64,000 nucleotides of DNA, taken from the human T2T-CHM13v2.0 reference genome, Homo sapiens. Both the position numbers and the translations under genes were made by a program. Position 1 is the first letter of the stretch; the number at the start of each line of letters is the position of its first letter. The stretch is from NCBI RefSeq assembly GCF_009914755.1, contig NC_060945.1; one strand, given 5' to 3'. Under the pieces are notes generated by a model, which saw only the letters and a list, made by a program, of their open reading frames with translations, had not been told where the DNA came from and made no database searches. Shown here piece by piece: positions 1 to 12,682 of this stretch.

Positions 1-2400
1 TCTTTCTGGGTTGTTGCATCGTAGAGTGGAGGCAGTGGACTTCTGATGACAGATTCATTGTTTATTTAGGTTCTATTTCCTTTTGTTTATTCAGGTTCTA
101 TTCCTTTTCAATGAACTACATTAATTCATGATTTGCTGGAAAATTATTTCAAAGTTTTGAAATTTATTGGCATAAAATTGTTCATAGTATTTTCTTATGA
201 TTTAACATTTTAAAAATTTCTCTGTTGCAGACCTTTTTGACTTTAAATATGATTTATTTCTGTCTCTTTTTTTCTTGTTAAATCTTGGTAAAGTTTTATT
301 TGCTTTATTAGTTTTTCTGAAAGAAACAGTTTTTGAGTATGTAGATAATTTCTTTGGTTGTTTTATTCTGTGTATCAATGACTTGATAGTTATATCCTCG
401 TCTTTTTCTTTTTCTCACCTTTCAAATGTTTATTGCTCTTTTTTCGTAGCTTCTTGAAGTATATGCTTAATGTATTCTACATATTTATTCTTTTGACCTA
501 TAACTTTATTTCTAAATAATTTTTAATTGCTGTCCACAGGTTTTGATATGTTGGTCTTTCATTTTTATTTGGTTTAAAATATCTATTATGATTTCCTCTT
601 TAAGCCATAAGTTTTTTTGAGGCCTACTTTTGAAAGTTTCAAAACACACATTTTTCTCCAGTATGTTTTTATTGTTGATTTTTAATCCCCATAAGTGGTA
701 TGTGTGCAATTGAAAAGAATGTTTACTTTCTGTTTCTGTATGGTTTAATAAATGAAGTTTATTAATTTTCATTGTCAAATCATTATTACTAATTTTTGTT
801 CTATTTGGTTACACGTTTCTAAAAGAAATGTGTAAAAATAAAATTTATTCTTAGAATGCTATCAATTTTTTGTTATATGTTTTGATGCTGTGTTGTTGAA
901 GCTTACAAGTTCTAAAGATCTATATTATACTATCTATATTATAATAATTTATGGTGAATTGCTATGTAGTGTTGATACTTTTGGCTTGAATTCTTTTTGC
1001 CTTACATAGCTGCATTAGGGGTTGGTTTCTTTTTCTTTTCTCCCCCTAACTAATAGCAAGTATCTTTCCTGCCTATCGTTGTAGCTTTACTTTGGGTGTG
1101 TCATTTGAACTCGCATATAGGTAGATTTTTTCCAACCTGCTTATTGTGTTTCTAAGCAAGTGAACTTAATCCATTTATAATATACATAATTTCTGAGGCC
1201 TTTGGATTTAATTCTTTTATCTCATTATGTGTTTTCTTTTTCATACCTTTTTTCTTTAGTTCTCTTTTCTTCATTTTTTCGTCTCCTGTTGGATTGATAC
1301 AGTTTTCTACATTCCCATTTTACTTCTTTTGCTGGTTTTCAGACTGTAGACTGTATATATATTTTTAATGATTATATTTAATCTTGAATCATGTATTTTA
1401 ATGATATATAAACATTTTTGGTATTCCTGGTATTTTCTCTATCATGACAAGGACCTCAGCACAATTTAACTAACAACCTTGTTCCCTTATTTTGTAACTA
1501 TTCCTTAGTTTGAACTTGTAAATTTTCTTTTCTTTTCTTTTCTTTTCCTCCCTCCCTCCCTCCATCCTTCCTTCCCTCCCTCCCTCCTTCCTTCGTTCCT
1601 TCTTTCCTTCCTTCCTCCCTCCCTTCCTCCCTTTCTCTTTCTTTCTCTCTCTCTCTCTTTTCCATCCATCCCTCCCTCCTTCCTCCCTCCCTCCCTCCCT
1701 TCCTTCCTTCCTTCCTTCCTTCCTTCCTTCCTTCCTTCCTTCCTTCCTTCCTTCCTCTGTTTCTCTTTTCTTGGGTAATTTCCTATATTTTTGGATGTTT
1801 TAAACATGAAAATGTAGTTATTTTTATGGGCATAAATTAGTTAAATTTAATGATATATTTGATCAATTTCTGTGCTCATTTTTGTGTCCTGTATCCCTTG
1901 ACATACACATGAGTTTATGCAACTTCTTGCTGAACTACATTCATTAATAATTAATATTATTGAGGCTACATGGGTGATAAGCTTTCTTACTATTTCTGTG
2001 TTTGAAAATATTTTAATTATGGCTTTGCTTTTGTGTATTAGTTTAACTGGGTATAAAATTTTAGATGGGCAGTTACTTCTTTCCAGCATTTTGGTATCTT
2101 CTATATGTATTATTGGTCATGGGAAATGGCTATCAGCTTAATTGTGACTGTTTTGTTGATAATTTGCCTTTCTCCACATTAGCTTTTAGGACTTTCTCAT
2201 TTTCGACGTTCTGTGGACTCACTATGATGTGGAAGATAGGTTTATCTTTATCATGGTGAGTACCTAGAGTCCAGTTTTGATTTGAGATCTCATATTTTCA
2301 ATTCTGGAAAATTCTCAGCTGATATGTCTTCACATATTTTTTCCTCTGCTTTTCCTCCATTCCTTTCTTCAGGAACCCTTATCAGAGTAAGCCAACCCTC
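1..2400 (-). mobile_element. Ancient, decayed L1M LINE (ORF1 C-terminus / ORF2 endonuclease region)
   Basis: T-rich antisense L1 texture. The minus-strand ORF 1847-2089 (NCPSKILYPVKL...IKIFSN...RKLIT) resembles the L1 ORF1p C-terminal motif, and 512-778 (NLWLKEEI...) resembles L1 ORF2p just after the endonuclease. Boundaries are approximate. Confidence 0.7.
1524..1771. repeat. Compound (CTTT/CCCT/CTTC)n polypyrimidine microsatellite
   Basis: Seen directly; it produces the spurious EGRK-repeat ORF 1505-1807. Confidence 0.95.
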
Positions 2401-4385
2401 TTCATGTATCTGCTACATCTCCTTTGTCTGTCCAATAAGTCCTGATTGTTACTGGAGACAGTTATCTCTGGGGAAGGAGAATGATTCTCCTTTCAGTCAC
2501 AACCTTCCTTCTCTCTGTGAAAAGTGGAATGGCAAGTCTGAAGGTTTCTTTCTCATTTATCTCCAGAGGATCATTTCTCTTAAGTCTCCTCTTCACCACC
2601 TCTGTTTACCTTTCTCCAATCTGGGAAGGGAAACTATTAATGAAACTTTGATGAATTTCAGTTCCTCACCCCTTTTCTGCATTCGCTCCCCCCATAAAAC
2701 ATACATGTAAAATTCTGGTGTTTTTGGTGTTTTTCCCTGGCCACCACTTTCAAGGAGTATTCCAAAAGTTGTGTCCCTTTGTTTGGGTGCTGCTTGTATA
2801 TTTTTGGCCAATTTGAACTTACTTTTTTCATTTCAGTGTGGGCAAAGTAGAGAAACAAATGCCCCCAGGCCCTACTACACATTTGAGCAATAATAGTTGT
2901 GAATATTATTCAACTCATCAGCAGTTGCTCAGAGTGGGTGTTCAATGGCTTGGTTTTGTAGGGAGTCTGGCACAATTCCCAGGTGTCTGGAAGCTTTGAA
3001 GAGAAACAGGTGCCTATTATAATTGGATATAAATGAAGGAATTGAGGAAATTGAATGAGGCAAATGGTGGAGTGCTGGTTTTACTGAGGTGGAGGTGCTG
3101 ATGGAAGGATGGTGGTGGACATTCCATAGACAATGCTGCACAGCGAACTCTCAAAGGTTTTCTGGAGAATCCATAAATAACTGAATTTGGATTTTTCAGA
3201 ATTTGGCTTCTTCAAGGATAAAAATGTGCAAATTACCTCTTTGCTAGTTGTTAGCTAATCAGTTTACCTAAAAAAAAAAAGTGCAAAAATAAAATCACCT
3301 CGTCCAAGGCGATAGTTTTTTTTTTTTCTTTCCATCCTCACTCTCTTGAAAATCCTGTTTGTGCTTCTACTCTGAGACTCAGTTTACCATCTGACTCCCT
3401 CCGAGGGAGAAGATCATTTGCAGGAAGGATAACCAAACTACATGGAAAATGAGGATTTTCCTCTGGGTTCTTCTTTGACGGCTGGCTCTCAACTCCACAT
3501 TGTAGACTATGGTGTAACACTTATGTCCAATATTACACACACACTTTTTCAGTTTCCTGTTTTGGTGACTTTTCATACATGCCACTTACACATGTCTAAA
3601 GGAAGCTCTTTCACTGATGTCTGTAGCCACCTATGGCACAAAAAGCCAGGGGGTTTGTCGCATGTTATTCCATCAGGTAGAGGGAGGAGTTTTTCCAGGC
3701 TAATGAAACATGATGATGCTAAATGGTTAGTGAAGAGTGATGGAGTTAGAAAGCAGTTTTCGTGTGTGATCAGTCGTTCTGAGCCTGATGGCTCTACCAC
3801 GCCTGCTAACCACCTCGGTTGACCCGGCTGCAACCCCACTCGGTCCATCTTTTATTTATCTGATTTCCTCATTAGTCCATGGGGTGTGTTCCTCGCAAGC
3901 TTGAATTCTTTTCGCCTCACCTAGCTGCACTAGGGGTTGCTCACTTTGTTTTTCCTTTCCCCGCTCCCAACTATGTGCAGGCATTTGCAGCAATTTATTA
4001 GTTTCAAATAAATTTGGGTAATCTTGCCTGTGAGTCTCCTTTTTGAGATTCATTATGCATATTAATTTTGGAAGATTTCCAAAAAGTCCTCAATAAAGAA
4101 ACCTGTTTTCATTTGGTTTAACCCAGTGGTTTCCCAGTTTGCAATTCTACCTTCCTCTCACCCCCGCAGGGGCGCACACAGGGACTCCTGATGTCTGAAG
4201 GGGCATGGTTAGGGAAACTCTGCCTCCACCTACAGAGAGAACTCCACGTTCCCTCTAGCCCTAGTCTTGGCTTCCCTTCAAGCCCTTGATTTTTTTCTTT
4301 CTTTTATTCATAGTTTTTTTGGGGGGGTATAATCAATATTATGCATGTTATCTGTAAAGTTTACAATTCAGTGAACCCCTAACTC

Positions 4386-5268
4386 TTTTAAAATTGTGGT
4401 AAAATAGACATAATGTAAATGTACCATTTTAACGACAGTTTTGTGGCATTTTGTCCATACACGGTATTGTGTGACCTTCACTACTGTCTAGCCCCAGGAC
4501 ATTTTCATTACCCCAGAGGAAATCTTGTACCCATTATCAGTCATTTCTCCTCCCTACCCCCAGCCCCTGGGAACCCCCATTCTATTTCCTGTTTCTATGG
4601 ATTTTGCTACTCTAGGTAGCCCATGTAAGTGAAACCATACAGTATTTGTCCTGTTGTGTCTGGTTTATTTTATGTAGCATGTCTTCAAGGTTCATCCATG
4701 TTGGAGCATGTGACAGAATTTCCTTGCTTTTTAGGGCAGAATAGTATTTCACTGTGTGTATATATATAGCATTTTGTTTGTCTATTCATCTACCAGTGAA
4801 CGCTCGGGTTGTTTTCACCTTTTGGCTATTGTGAATAATGCCACTATGAATATGGTTGTACAAATATTTGTTTGAGTCTTTGCTTTCATTTCTTTTGGGC
4901 ATATGCATGGGAGTGGAATTGCTGGATTATATAGTAATTCTGTTTTAAGTTTTTTGAGGAGCTGTGATATCATTTTCCACACTGGCTGCACCATTTTATA
5001 TTCCCACCAGCAGAGCACAGGGGTTCCAGATTTTCCAGATTTCCTTGCCAACATTCGTTATTTTCTGTTTTTTTTTCTTTTTTTCATTAATTGCTATCCT
5101 GGTAGGTGCGAAGTGCTGTCTCATTGTGACTGAGATTTGCATTTGCCAGTGGTTGGTGATGTTGAGCATCTTTTCATGAGCTTATTGGCCATCTGTATAT
5201 CTTCTTTGGAGAATGTCTATTCAAGTCCTTTGCCCCTTTTTAAACTGGCGTTTTTGTTTTTTGTTGTT
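4386..5268 (-). mobile_element. L1MB-like LINE 3' end
   Basis: ORF 4815-5054 (LCWWEYKMVQPVWK...PAIPL...ALFTIAKR) is the L1 ORF2p C-terminal cysteine-rich region. The adjacent sequence looks like an L1MB-type 3'UTR. Confidence 0.85.
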
Positions 5269-5744
5269 GACAGACTCCTAATTCTTAACAGATATGATGC
5301 TCTCACTGTGATGAACTTGACTTCTGGGAAGATACTGGCTGCATTCATTTCTCTTCTACTTTCCTAGGCCAATCATTATTCTCCAGCAGTCATCATTTCT
5401 TACGTTCCTCGCTTGTCCTGTTCTCAGGCTGGACCTAAGAGCTCATTCCCTCCCATCTCTTCCCACATTCCATATCATGGACTTTCTTCTTTTCAGCTGT
5501 TGGTACTGTGGAGGGGGGGATTTTATTGAAGCCAACTGCCATGATCACCTTCCTTTTCCTTCCTAAAGGATTGTCATCTGCTTTCTGATTTTAGCCACAG
5601 TAGCTTGGCTGAGGTTGCATTTTGGAAGTTCGAGGCTTCTGGCTCCCAGATTTCCTGTAGAACTGACACTGGTGACTATCCTTTGTTCTTGAGGCTCCTT
5701 TGATCTCTGGGACACTTTCCTGTGATGCCATGAAGGGGAACGAG

Positions 5745-5970
5745 CAGGAAGTTTAGGGTGCAGACTTTGGGGTGCATCACCTGGCTTCAGATGCTATCTT
5801 TGCCCATGAACTCACTCTTGGTAAAGTCACCCTGTGGGGTTTCTCCTTAGTGAAAGAGCACATTAACACCTACCTTGCAGCTGGTGGTGAGGATTCATTG
5901 GGAAATCACATGAAAAGTACTTAGAACAGTTGCTGGCAGAGAGGAAGTGTTAACAAGGTGCCACTGTTGG
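5745..5970 (+). mobile_element. MIR SINE
   Basis: Degenerate MIR core and 3' end (acacctaccttgcag...gtgaggatt...aaagtacttagaacag). Confidence 0.6.
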
Positions 5971-6304
5971 GGCATTAAGCTGGTTTTGCTCATGTATTCA
6001 GTCGATCCCCTTTCACCTCCATTTCCCCCCAACCTTTTTTTTTTCTAAATTCTGTTCTTTGCTATTCATTTTTCTGCTCCTGGACATTTTCCCATTCTTT
6101 CCATTTCAATATTCCTCTTTACACAGGAGATTCCAATCAAGTCCTCTCTCTACCTTTTATTTATTCATTTATTACTTATGTATGTTTGTTTATTTAAGAT
6201 GTAAGAAAGCATAAGGTGGAGAGGTGCTAGGATGTCTAAATGCTAGAAGATGATACATCTTCCTAGCTACTTGACAGGTAGTCTTTTGGACTTTAAACAC
6301 ACTT

Positions 6305-6613
6305 TAAAATAAGTGACGTACAAGCACCACTTTAAAATACTAAACATTTTCATTTTAAACCAGCATTACTGGTATTATAACTATATGTACTTCTGCACAT
6401 CAGTGTAACTGTACACAGATTTAAGAGGAAATGATAGGCATTTATACTAGTCACAAAACAATAAAACCAGGGATGAACACTAAGTTTAATAAAGATCATT
6501 TATAATTCTAACCACTTAGAAATAAGAAAATTAACTATGAGGTCAAGGGAGAAATTACGTGTGCAATAACAGATTATTTATAAAACAAAACCAATGAGAA
6601 CACTAGACATGAT
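6305..6613. repeat. Left arm of ~310-bp inverted duplication (partner 8129-8435)
   Basis: Its reverse complement aligns end to end with 8129-8435; 6335-6427 vs 8313-8405 differ at 1 of 93 positions. Confidence 0.95.
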
Positions 6614-6720
6614 AGACAAAGACTTTAAAATCGTTATTATAAATACGGTAAGTAAATTAGGGGAAATGATGAACCAAATGGGTGAAAATATGGAGAAATC
6701 AACATAAAAATGTAATCTCT

Positions 6721-6940
6721 TTTTAAAGTTTATCTAAACTTACGGGGTACACCTGCAATTTGGTTACATGCGTAGATTGTGTAGTGGTCTAGTCAGGGCC
6801 CTTAGGGTGGGTATCCATCACCCGAGTAACGTGTATTGTACCCGTTAAGTAATTTCTCATCCATCCCCTCACCCTTCCGAGTCTTTGTTGTCTCTCATTC
6901 CACTCTCTACATCCGTGTGCACACGTTTTAGCACCCACTT
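6721..6940 (-). mobile_element. L1MA 3'-end fragment
   Basis: ggggtacacctgcaatttggttacatgcgtagattgtgtagtgg is a typical antisense L1MA 3' terminus. Confidence 0.75.
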
Positions 6941-7482
6941 AGGGATACTGTCTCAACATTTTAGTGGGAGGCTTCTTGTAGCACAAAACGGTGCCTAAGG
7001 ACATATTTCCTGGAGGACGTTTCGACCTTTGTCACATGACTCCATATCAGCTGCCACTGGCTCATACACAACCATGTCAGTGCTGTGTCAGAGATGGAAG
7101 AATTTGACCTTTCACCAGTTTCTGTGAAATACATTGCTTTGAAGATGAAATCACAAATGTCGTCCTGTACAGGGGACCTAATGGGACCATGTCGAGTGAT
7201 TATATCTTGAGCAGATGTAAGTCTTTAGAATGGTCTAGATTATGACCTGAGTGCTTACTGGTCTCTGGATTCTATGAAGTACTTGTTTGATTTTCACAAG
7301 ATCTTTAAGAAGTAGTTAGTGCTATTCTCTCATTTTACTTTTCCATTCTTATTTTTAGAGAAAATCAAGTCTTAAGAGGTTAACTGTGCCCAGAGTCTTG
7401 TAACTAAAAAGTGGTTGACTTGAGATTCCACCCAGTTCCCTTGGATTCCACATGCAGAACTCTTAACATCCTCTTAACATCC

Positions 7483-7778
7483 TTTTTTTTTTTGAGATGG
7501 AGTCTCGCTCTGTCGCCCAGGTTGGAGTGCAGTGGTGCCTGATCTTGGCTTACTGCAACCTCTGCCTCCTGGGTTCAAGCAATTCTCCCTGCCTCAGCCT
7601 CCTGAGTAGCTGGGTCTACAGGCCCACGCCACTGCACCCGGCTAATTTCCATATTTTTAGTAGAGACGAGGTTTCACCATGTTGGCCAGGCTGGTCTCGA
7701 ACTCCTGATCTTAAGTGATCTGCCCGCCTCAGCCCTCCAAAGTGCTGGGATTATAGGCGTGAGCCACCATGCCGAGCC
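7483..7778 (-). mobile_element. Alu (S/J) full length
   Basis: Poly-T then a dimeric Alu in antisense; TSD ttaacatc at 7474-7481 and 7779-7786. Confidence 0.97.
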
Positions 7779-8128
7779 TTAACATCTTGATTGTATTCTA
7801 TACGTGCCATTTCACATGGTCTATTTCTCATTTTTCTTGTTCTTTTTTCTTTTCTATGTTGATTAGATACACTGGAGCTTAATCCATTTTAGAGTGTGAG
7901 TGCATAGTGCATATTTATCAGTAATATTGTTTTAATATTTGAATTAATTCAATCCTGCTTTTAATTTTATTATTCCTGCTATTTTCTATAAAACTTTTTA
8001 TAACTTTCTGTAACTTTTTAGAATTTGTTTTCTAAATTCTTTGAGAGCTTAGTCTTTTTCTTTCTTTCATAATGAACATGCTTAAGGCTAAAGCTGCCTC
8101 TGAAAGCAACTTTGAATGTGTTAAAGGA

Positions 8129-8435
8129 ATCATATCTAGTGTTCTTATTAGTTTTGTTTTATAAATAATCTGTTATTGCAGATGTAATTTTTCCTTTGAC
8201 CTCATAGTTAATTTTCTTTAAGTGGTTGGAATTTTAAAATGAACTTTATCAAACTTACTGTTAATTCCTGGTTTTATTGTTTCGTGACTAGTATAAGTAG
8301 GCTATCATTTTTCTCTTAAATCTGTGTACAGTTACACTGATGTGCAGAAGCACATATAGTTATAATACCAGTAATGCTGGTTTAAAATGAAAATGTTTAG
8401 TATTTAAAAGTGGTGCTTATAAGTCACTTATTTTA
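8129..8435. repeat. Right arm of ~310-bp inverted duplication (partner 6305-6613); partly old antisense L1M sequence
   Basis: Direct alignment to the reverse complement of 6305-6613. It is contiguous with an L1M-like remnant at ~7960-8320. Confidence 0.95.
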
Positions 8436-9592
8436 GCATAAGTTTGAATTTTTTCCAACTGATTTTGAAAATTTAAATAGAATATATATTCTCAATAAAA
8501 TTTTTAGAGTAAATGACTAGTTTTGGTTTTTGTGGGAAAACGGTCCTAGCGTATTCTCTAACAACCAACACTCAAAGCCAGATACCTGTGAAAAAACTGA
8601 CATGTTTTAAATGGAACAGGAGACCTCTCCAACAAACCCATCAATGTTTAACAATCTTAATGAGCTTTAAAAAAGTGTCATATTTTAGCTGTGAATCACT
8701 TCACGTTAAAATCTGTGGTTTTCCTGCCAAAGTTATCTTTAGTAAACGCGATGTATTGGCAGCTAGATTTGGAGTGAAGTGAATGTGAGTGAAGCTGGAA
8801 GCAGATTCTGCAAGAAACCCAAATGTTGGAGGGGGGTTTTCCAAGCGTCAGAGTCTTAGGTCTCTCAATACCCCCTTTGACACTCGTGGCCACACTCTTC
8901 CGCCATGCCCATTACAGTGACTCACTCGGAACTGCTTGGGAATCAGTGACTTGGGTGAGTGCAATATCTCTTTCACATATTGCCGGCTTCCTCCATCAAC
9001 CCATAGCATCTGTGCTGGGTTTATGCTTTCAAGTGAGAAATGGTGAAATACACAAGGGGATGGCTTGCACTTGACTCTGGGATGGTGTTTGCATGTCAGC
9101 GTTTTCTTTCACATTAAATTGAGTGGAGCTAAACTCATTTGGTTTCAGTGAAGGTAGTTTCCATGCATTCACTGAAAAGCTGGGATTGCTGAGAGTGGTG
9201 ACCAGAAGAGAGAAGGCCATGGGGAGGTAAGGTGAGGCAGGAATACTAGAGGGTGGGGCAGGGCTCAGCTCAGTGGCGATGTTTCCCCAGCAGCCTTCAG
9301 GCCTTTCATCCCATCATTTCTCTCCTCTGATAAGTGTCTCTGCTTTAAGAGTGTTTGCCAGACAGAAATAAAAATCGATTGGGGGAAAAATTATATGGAA
9401 AAAAAATTTTCCTTTCAAAATATTCCTGGAGAGGAGAGGAAGCACGCATGGATAGAATGAATGAAATGTTCTTGGGGCACAGTGCCATCTAATGTTGCTA
9501 TTATTGCATTTGCTGCTTAGCAAAGTACATAGAAGGCACATTGCAAATATTCAGGTATTAGCTGTGTTAAGTAATTGTTTTCATGTAGTAAA

Positions 9593-10055
9593 TGTATTAG
9601 TTTGCTTGGGCTGGCATAGCAAAGTAGCACAAACTGAAAGCCTTAAATAACAAAAACTTATGATCTCACAGTTCTGGAGGCTGAAGTCTGAAATGAAGGT
9701 CTCAGCAGGGTGGGTTCTTCTGAGGGCGCTGAAGGAGAATCTGTTAGGTGCATCTCTCCAGGTTTCTGCTGGTTAATGGCAATATTTGATGTTCTGTGGC
9801 CTGTGGAGCATCTCCCTCATCTCCGCCTTCATCGTTACTTGGTGTTCTCTGTGTGTGCCTGTCTGTGTCCAAATTTCCCCTAATTATAAGGACAGCAGGG
9901 ATATTGTATTAGGGGCCCAGCCTACTTCAGTATGACCTCTTCTTACTGAATTGTATCTGCAAAGATCCTATTTCCAAATAAGGTCACATTCTGAGGTAAT
10001 TGGGGTTAGGACTTCAGCACATGAATTTTAGGGGAACATAAATCAACCCATAACA
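9593..10055 (-). mobile_element. MaLR solo LTR (MLT1C-like)
   Basis: TG...CA termini (tgtattagttt...cccataaca), perfect 5-bp TSD gtaaa, and MLT1 internal motifs (aaggtcacattctgagg). Confidence 0.9.
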
Positions 10056-10099
10056 GTAAAGATCTATTAACTCACTTTAGGAAGCTGATATTTATTTAG

Positions 10100-10980
10100 G
10101 AAGTAAATGTTTATTGAGCATCTATGATGTGACATGCATGAGGTATTGAGATTTAAACAGATACGCTTAAATATTTTCCTGTATCCAAGTCACTTTCAGT
10201 AAAGAAGTAGAGAGACATAAATTAATAACTAGAATACGGCAGAGCTATATGAAGGTATGCACGAGGAATAGTGCTGGTACCAAGAAAGGGGATGCTGGTG
10301 AAGCCTACTTTTTAGGGGAGATGTCAGGGAAATGTCACTGAGGGGGCTACATTTGGGCTGCATATGAAAGCATTAAGAGGAGCTCCAGGGCAGTCTGGAC
10401 AGAAAGCACAGCGTGGAGGTCTGACACGAAAGGGTGTGTTCGCAGGACTTTAAGCCATCTCATATGGGAGTGTAGTGTCCACTGGGAGGTGATGGATTGC
10501 CACTGTGAAGTTTCAAGTGTCGGAGCGGAACTATTGGACTTGTGGTTTTGAGAAGTTCTGCCTGACAGCCTGGTGGCTGGCATGGAGCTGGGCTGTCAGG
10601 TAGCTCTTATTTTCCATGTCCATTCTGTTCTATTCTACTAGTAACTGTCTGTCTTTTCCAGCATTTCCCAAGTCTTCCCTTACCCTTTATGGTGATTCTG
10701 CAGAAGGAACAAGCTGGTAAAAGCACTTTTGGGAGACTGGGGAAAGGAATACAAATATTCCTGTGTTAACTATTTTCTGGCCCCAAGTAGGCTATTGGTG
10801 ACCTTTGGTATGTTCAGATAAGCAGTGGGAATGGAGGCCGGAGTACAGTGGGTTGAGGTTAATTACGTGATGGATGAAGTGGTGCGAGTGGTGAGTACAG
10901 GCTGTCTGTTGCAGAAGCTTGATTTGGAAGGGAAAGAAAATAAGAGGCTGACAAGGAGACGCCACGTAATTGAGGTAGGG
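10100..10980 (-). mobile_element. L2 LINE fragments
   Basis: aaatgtttattgagcatcta is the antisense L2 3' end, followed by purine-rich L2 body fragments. Confidence 0.6.
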
Positions 10981-12466
10981 TCTGTTGAATGTTTTTTGGG
11001 GATGAAATTTTATTTTGTGTTAACAAAGTAGAAATTTACAAAGGAAATGGCCCCCATTTTAACAGAAAAATCAATACCATTTGCATCCCTCATTATTAAT
11101 ATGCATTGGAACTTCATCCATTGGACCTGGTGAAGAAGGCAGTCACCGTCTCACCAGGCTGGAAGCCTGGATGTTGGAATGTGGACATTTCCTACTAGAG
11201 TGGCTTGAAAATCCCCTAGGATCATTCTGGTGGTAGGGATGGGGGTATAAATGTGGGTGCTCCTTGAGAGGAAGGAATGAGCCAAGAGGGATGGAGCCCG
11301 GGGATGCAGGGAGAAAGTGGCCTTTGTTTTATGGTTATGCACTCTATCCAGTTTATATGTTTCAGATGATTTATTCAACAAACCTTTGTGTATCTCTTCC
11401 TACTTCTTTCCCACTGAGCTAGGTAGGTCCTGGGGTTCCTGTGAGTCCTGGGGCTGTAGTCAGGCAGTTGCAATATCTCATCATTCTCATGCTAATTTTT
11501 TCCTGACCTGAAGATTTCCATTGGAAAATGATGATTGCACTCTTCTAATAGAAGGCTAAGTGATTTAGATCTGGGGGCAGGGAAATGGTGGCTGTGGTTC
11601 TTCTAGAGGGGGAAGAGGATGTAGACAGGTAGTTTCATCCAATGCATGAGGGCCACAAAGGTTTCTGTGGACCCCTGGTCTTATACTGCAATCCCTTGGT
11701 AACAAGGAAATCATAAAACTAGGGGTGACTCATCACCACTGTGATGAGGTGTTTCTGAGTTCAAAGGGAAGAGTCAGTTTAACTCAGTGAAATGGTTATT
11801 TTTTGTAATGACATTCATTTCCTTGGTTCTTTGCTTATATGACACCTGGATGTACAAGATGGTTAACAGAATAGTGCTATGGAGGCACTTTGACAAGTCC
11901 TGAACCACCATCTGGGTGAGAATATTTGTAACCGGCACAATACTTATACATGAATGGCCACTGTGAAATGGGTTTCTAAGGGGCGATATTATAATTTGCT
12001 TTCTTAAGAGCACTGACTACAAAGACATCTCCTAAACTCTTTCTTTGTAAACTTACCAGAAACCCTTGTATCCCCATGGATGAAGCCAGAGCTTTTCAGT
12101 GGCTCAGGTTTCTCCTTCTAACAGTGCTTGAAATTCCTTCCACAGAGAATGAAGCTTTTAATTCTAGAACCAATGTTCAGATTGTGCAAAGGCATGGATT
12201 TAAGGTGACAGCTATTAACATTGGCAAAGTTCTTTCTATTGTGAAAATTGCTTTCATATATATTTGGTTTATTTTGCCCTCCGGACAGTCCTGGGCTTCA
12301 TTATTGAGTAACTTATTTTCTGTTTGAAGAAACGGAGGCTTAGTGGTTTAAGAAAGCTGATTAAAGTCAAATGGCAAGGATGGGGTAAATGATGGAGCTC
12401 TAAGCATTGGGTGTCGGCGTCTGTAATATTTGTGCATGACTGACTACACAGCTCTCCTTCTGAGTC

Positions 12467-12682
12467 AGTGGCTTTTAAGCTCTTTGGAACCACAGTAAAT
12501 TCCTTTTACCTCATGACTCAGTACACACATATGACCCACCAAACAGTACTTGCCTTGACCATTCCCCATGCCTTCTAATATTTTATTCTACCCAATTCTG
12601 TTTTCTTTTCAACGTCGGGTCTTATTAAATTGACTTGGTGATGCACTAATGGGTCATGATGCAGAATTTGAAAAAATTACAC
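12467..12682. mobile_element. hAT-Charlie-type MER DNA transposon fossil
   Basis: cagtggcttttaa start and ...cactaatgggtcatgatgcagaatttgaaaaa end resemble Charlie-group MER termini. Confidence 0.5.

Noticed and set aside
1505-1807. ORFs rich in EGRK / FFLS / IYLSS (also at 17676-18162 and 58207-58762)
   Set aside because: They are translations of microsatellites.
7497-7718. Many 60-150 aa ORFs with SPRLECSG / PASASQ motifs across the window
   Set aside because: They are Alu-derived reading frames.
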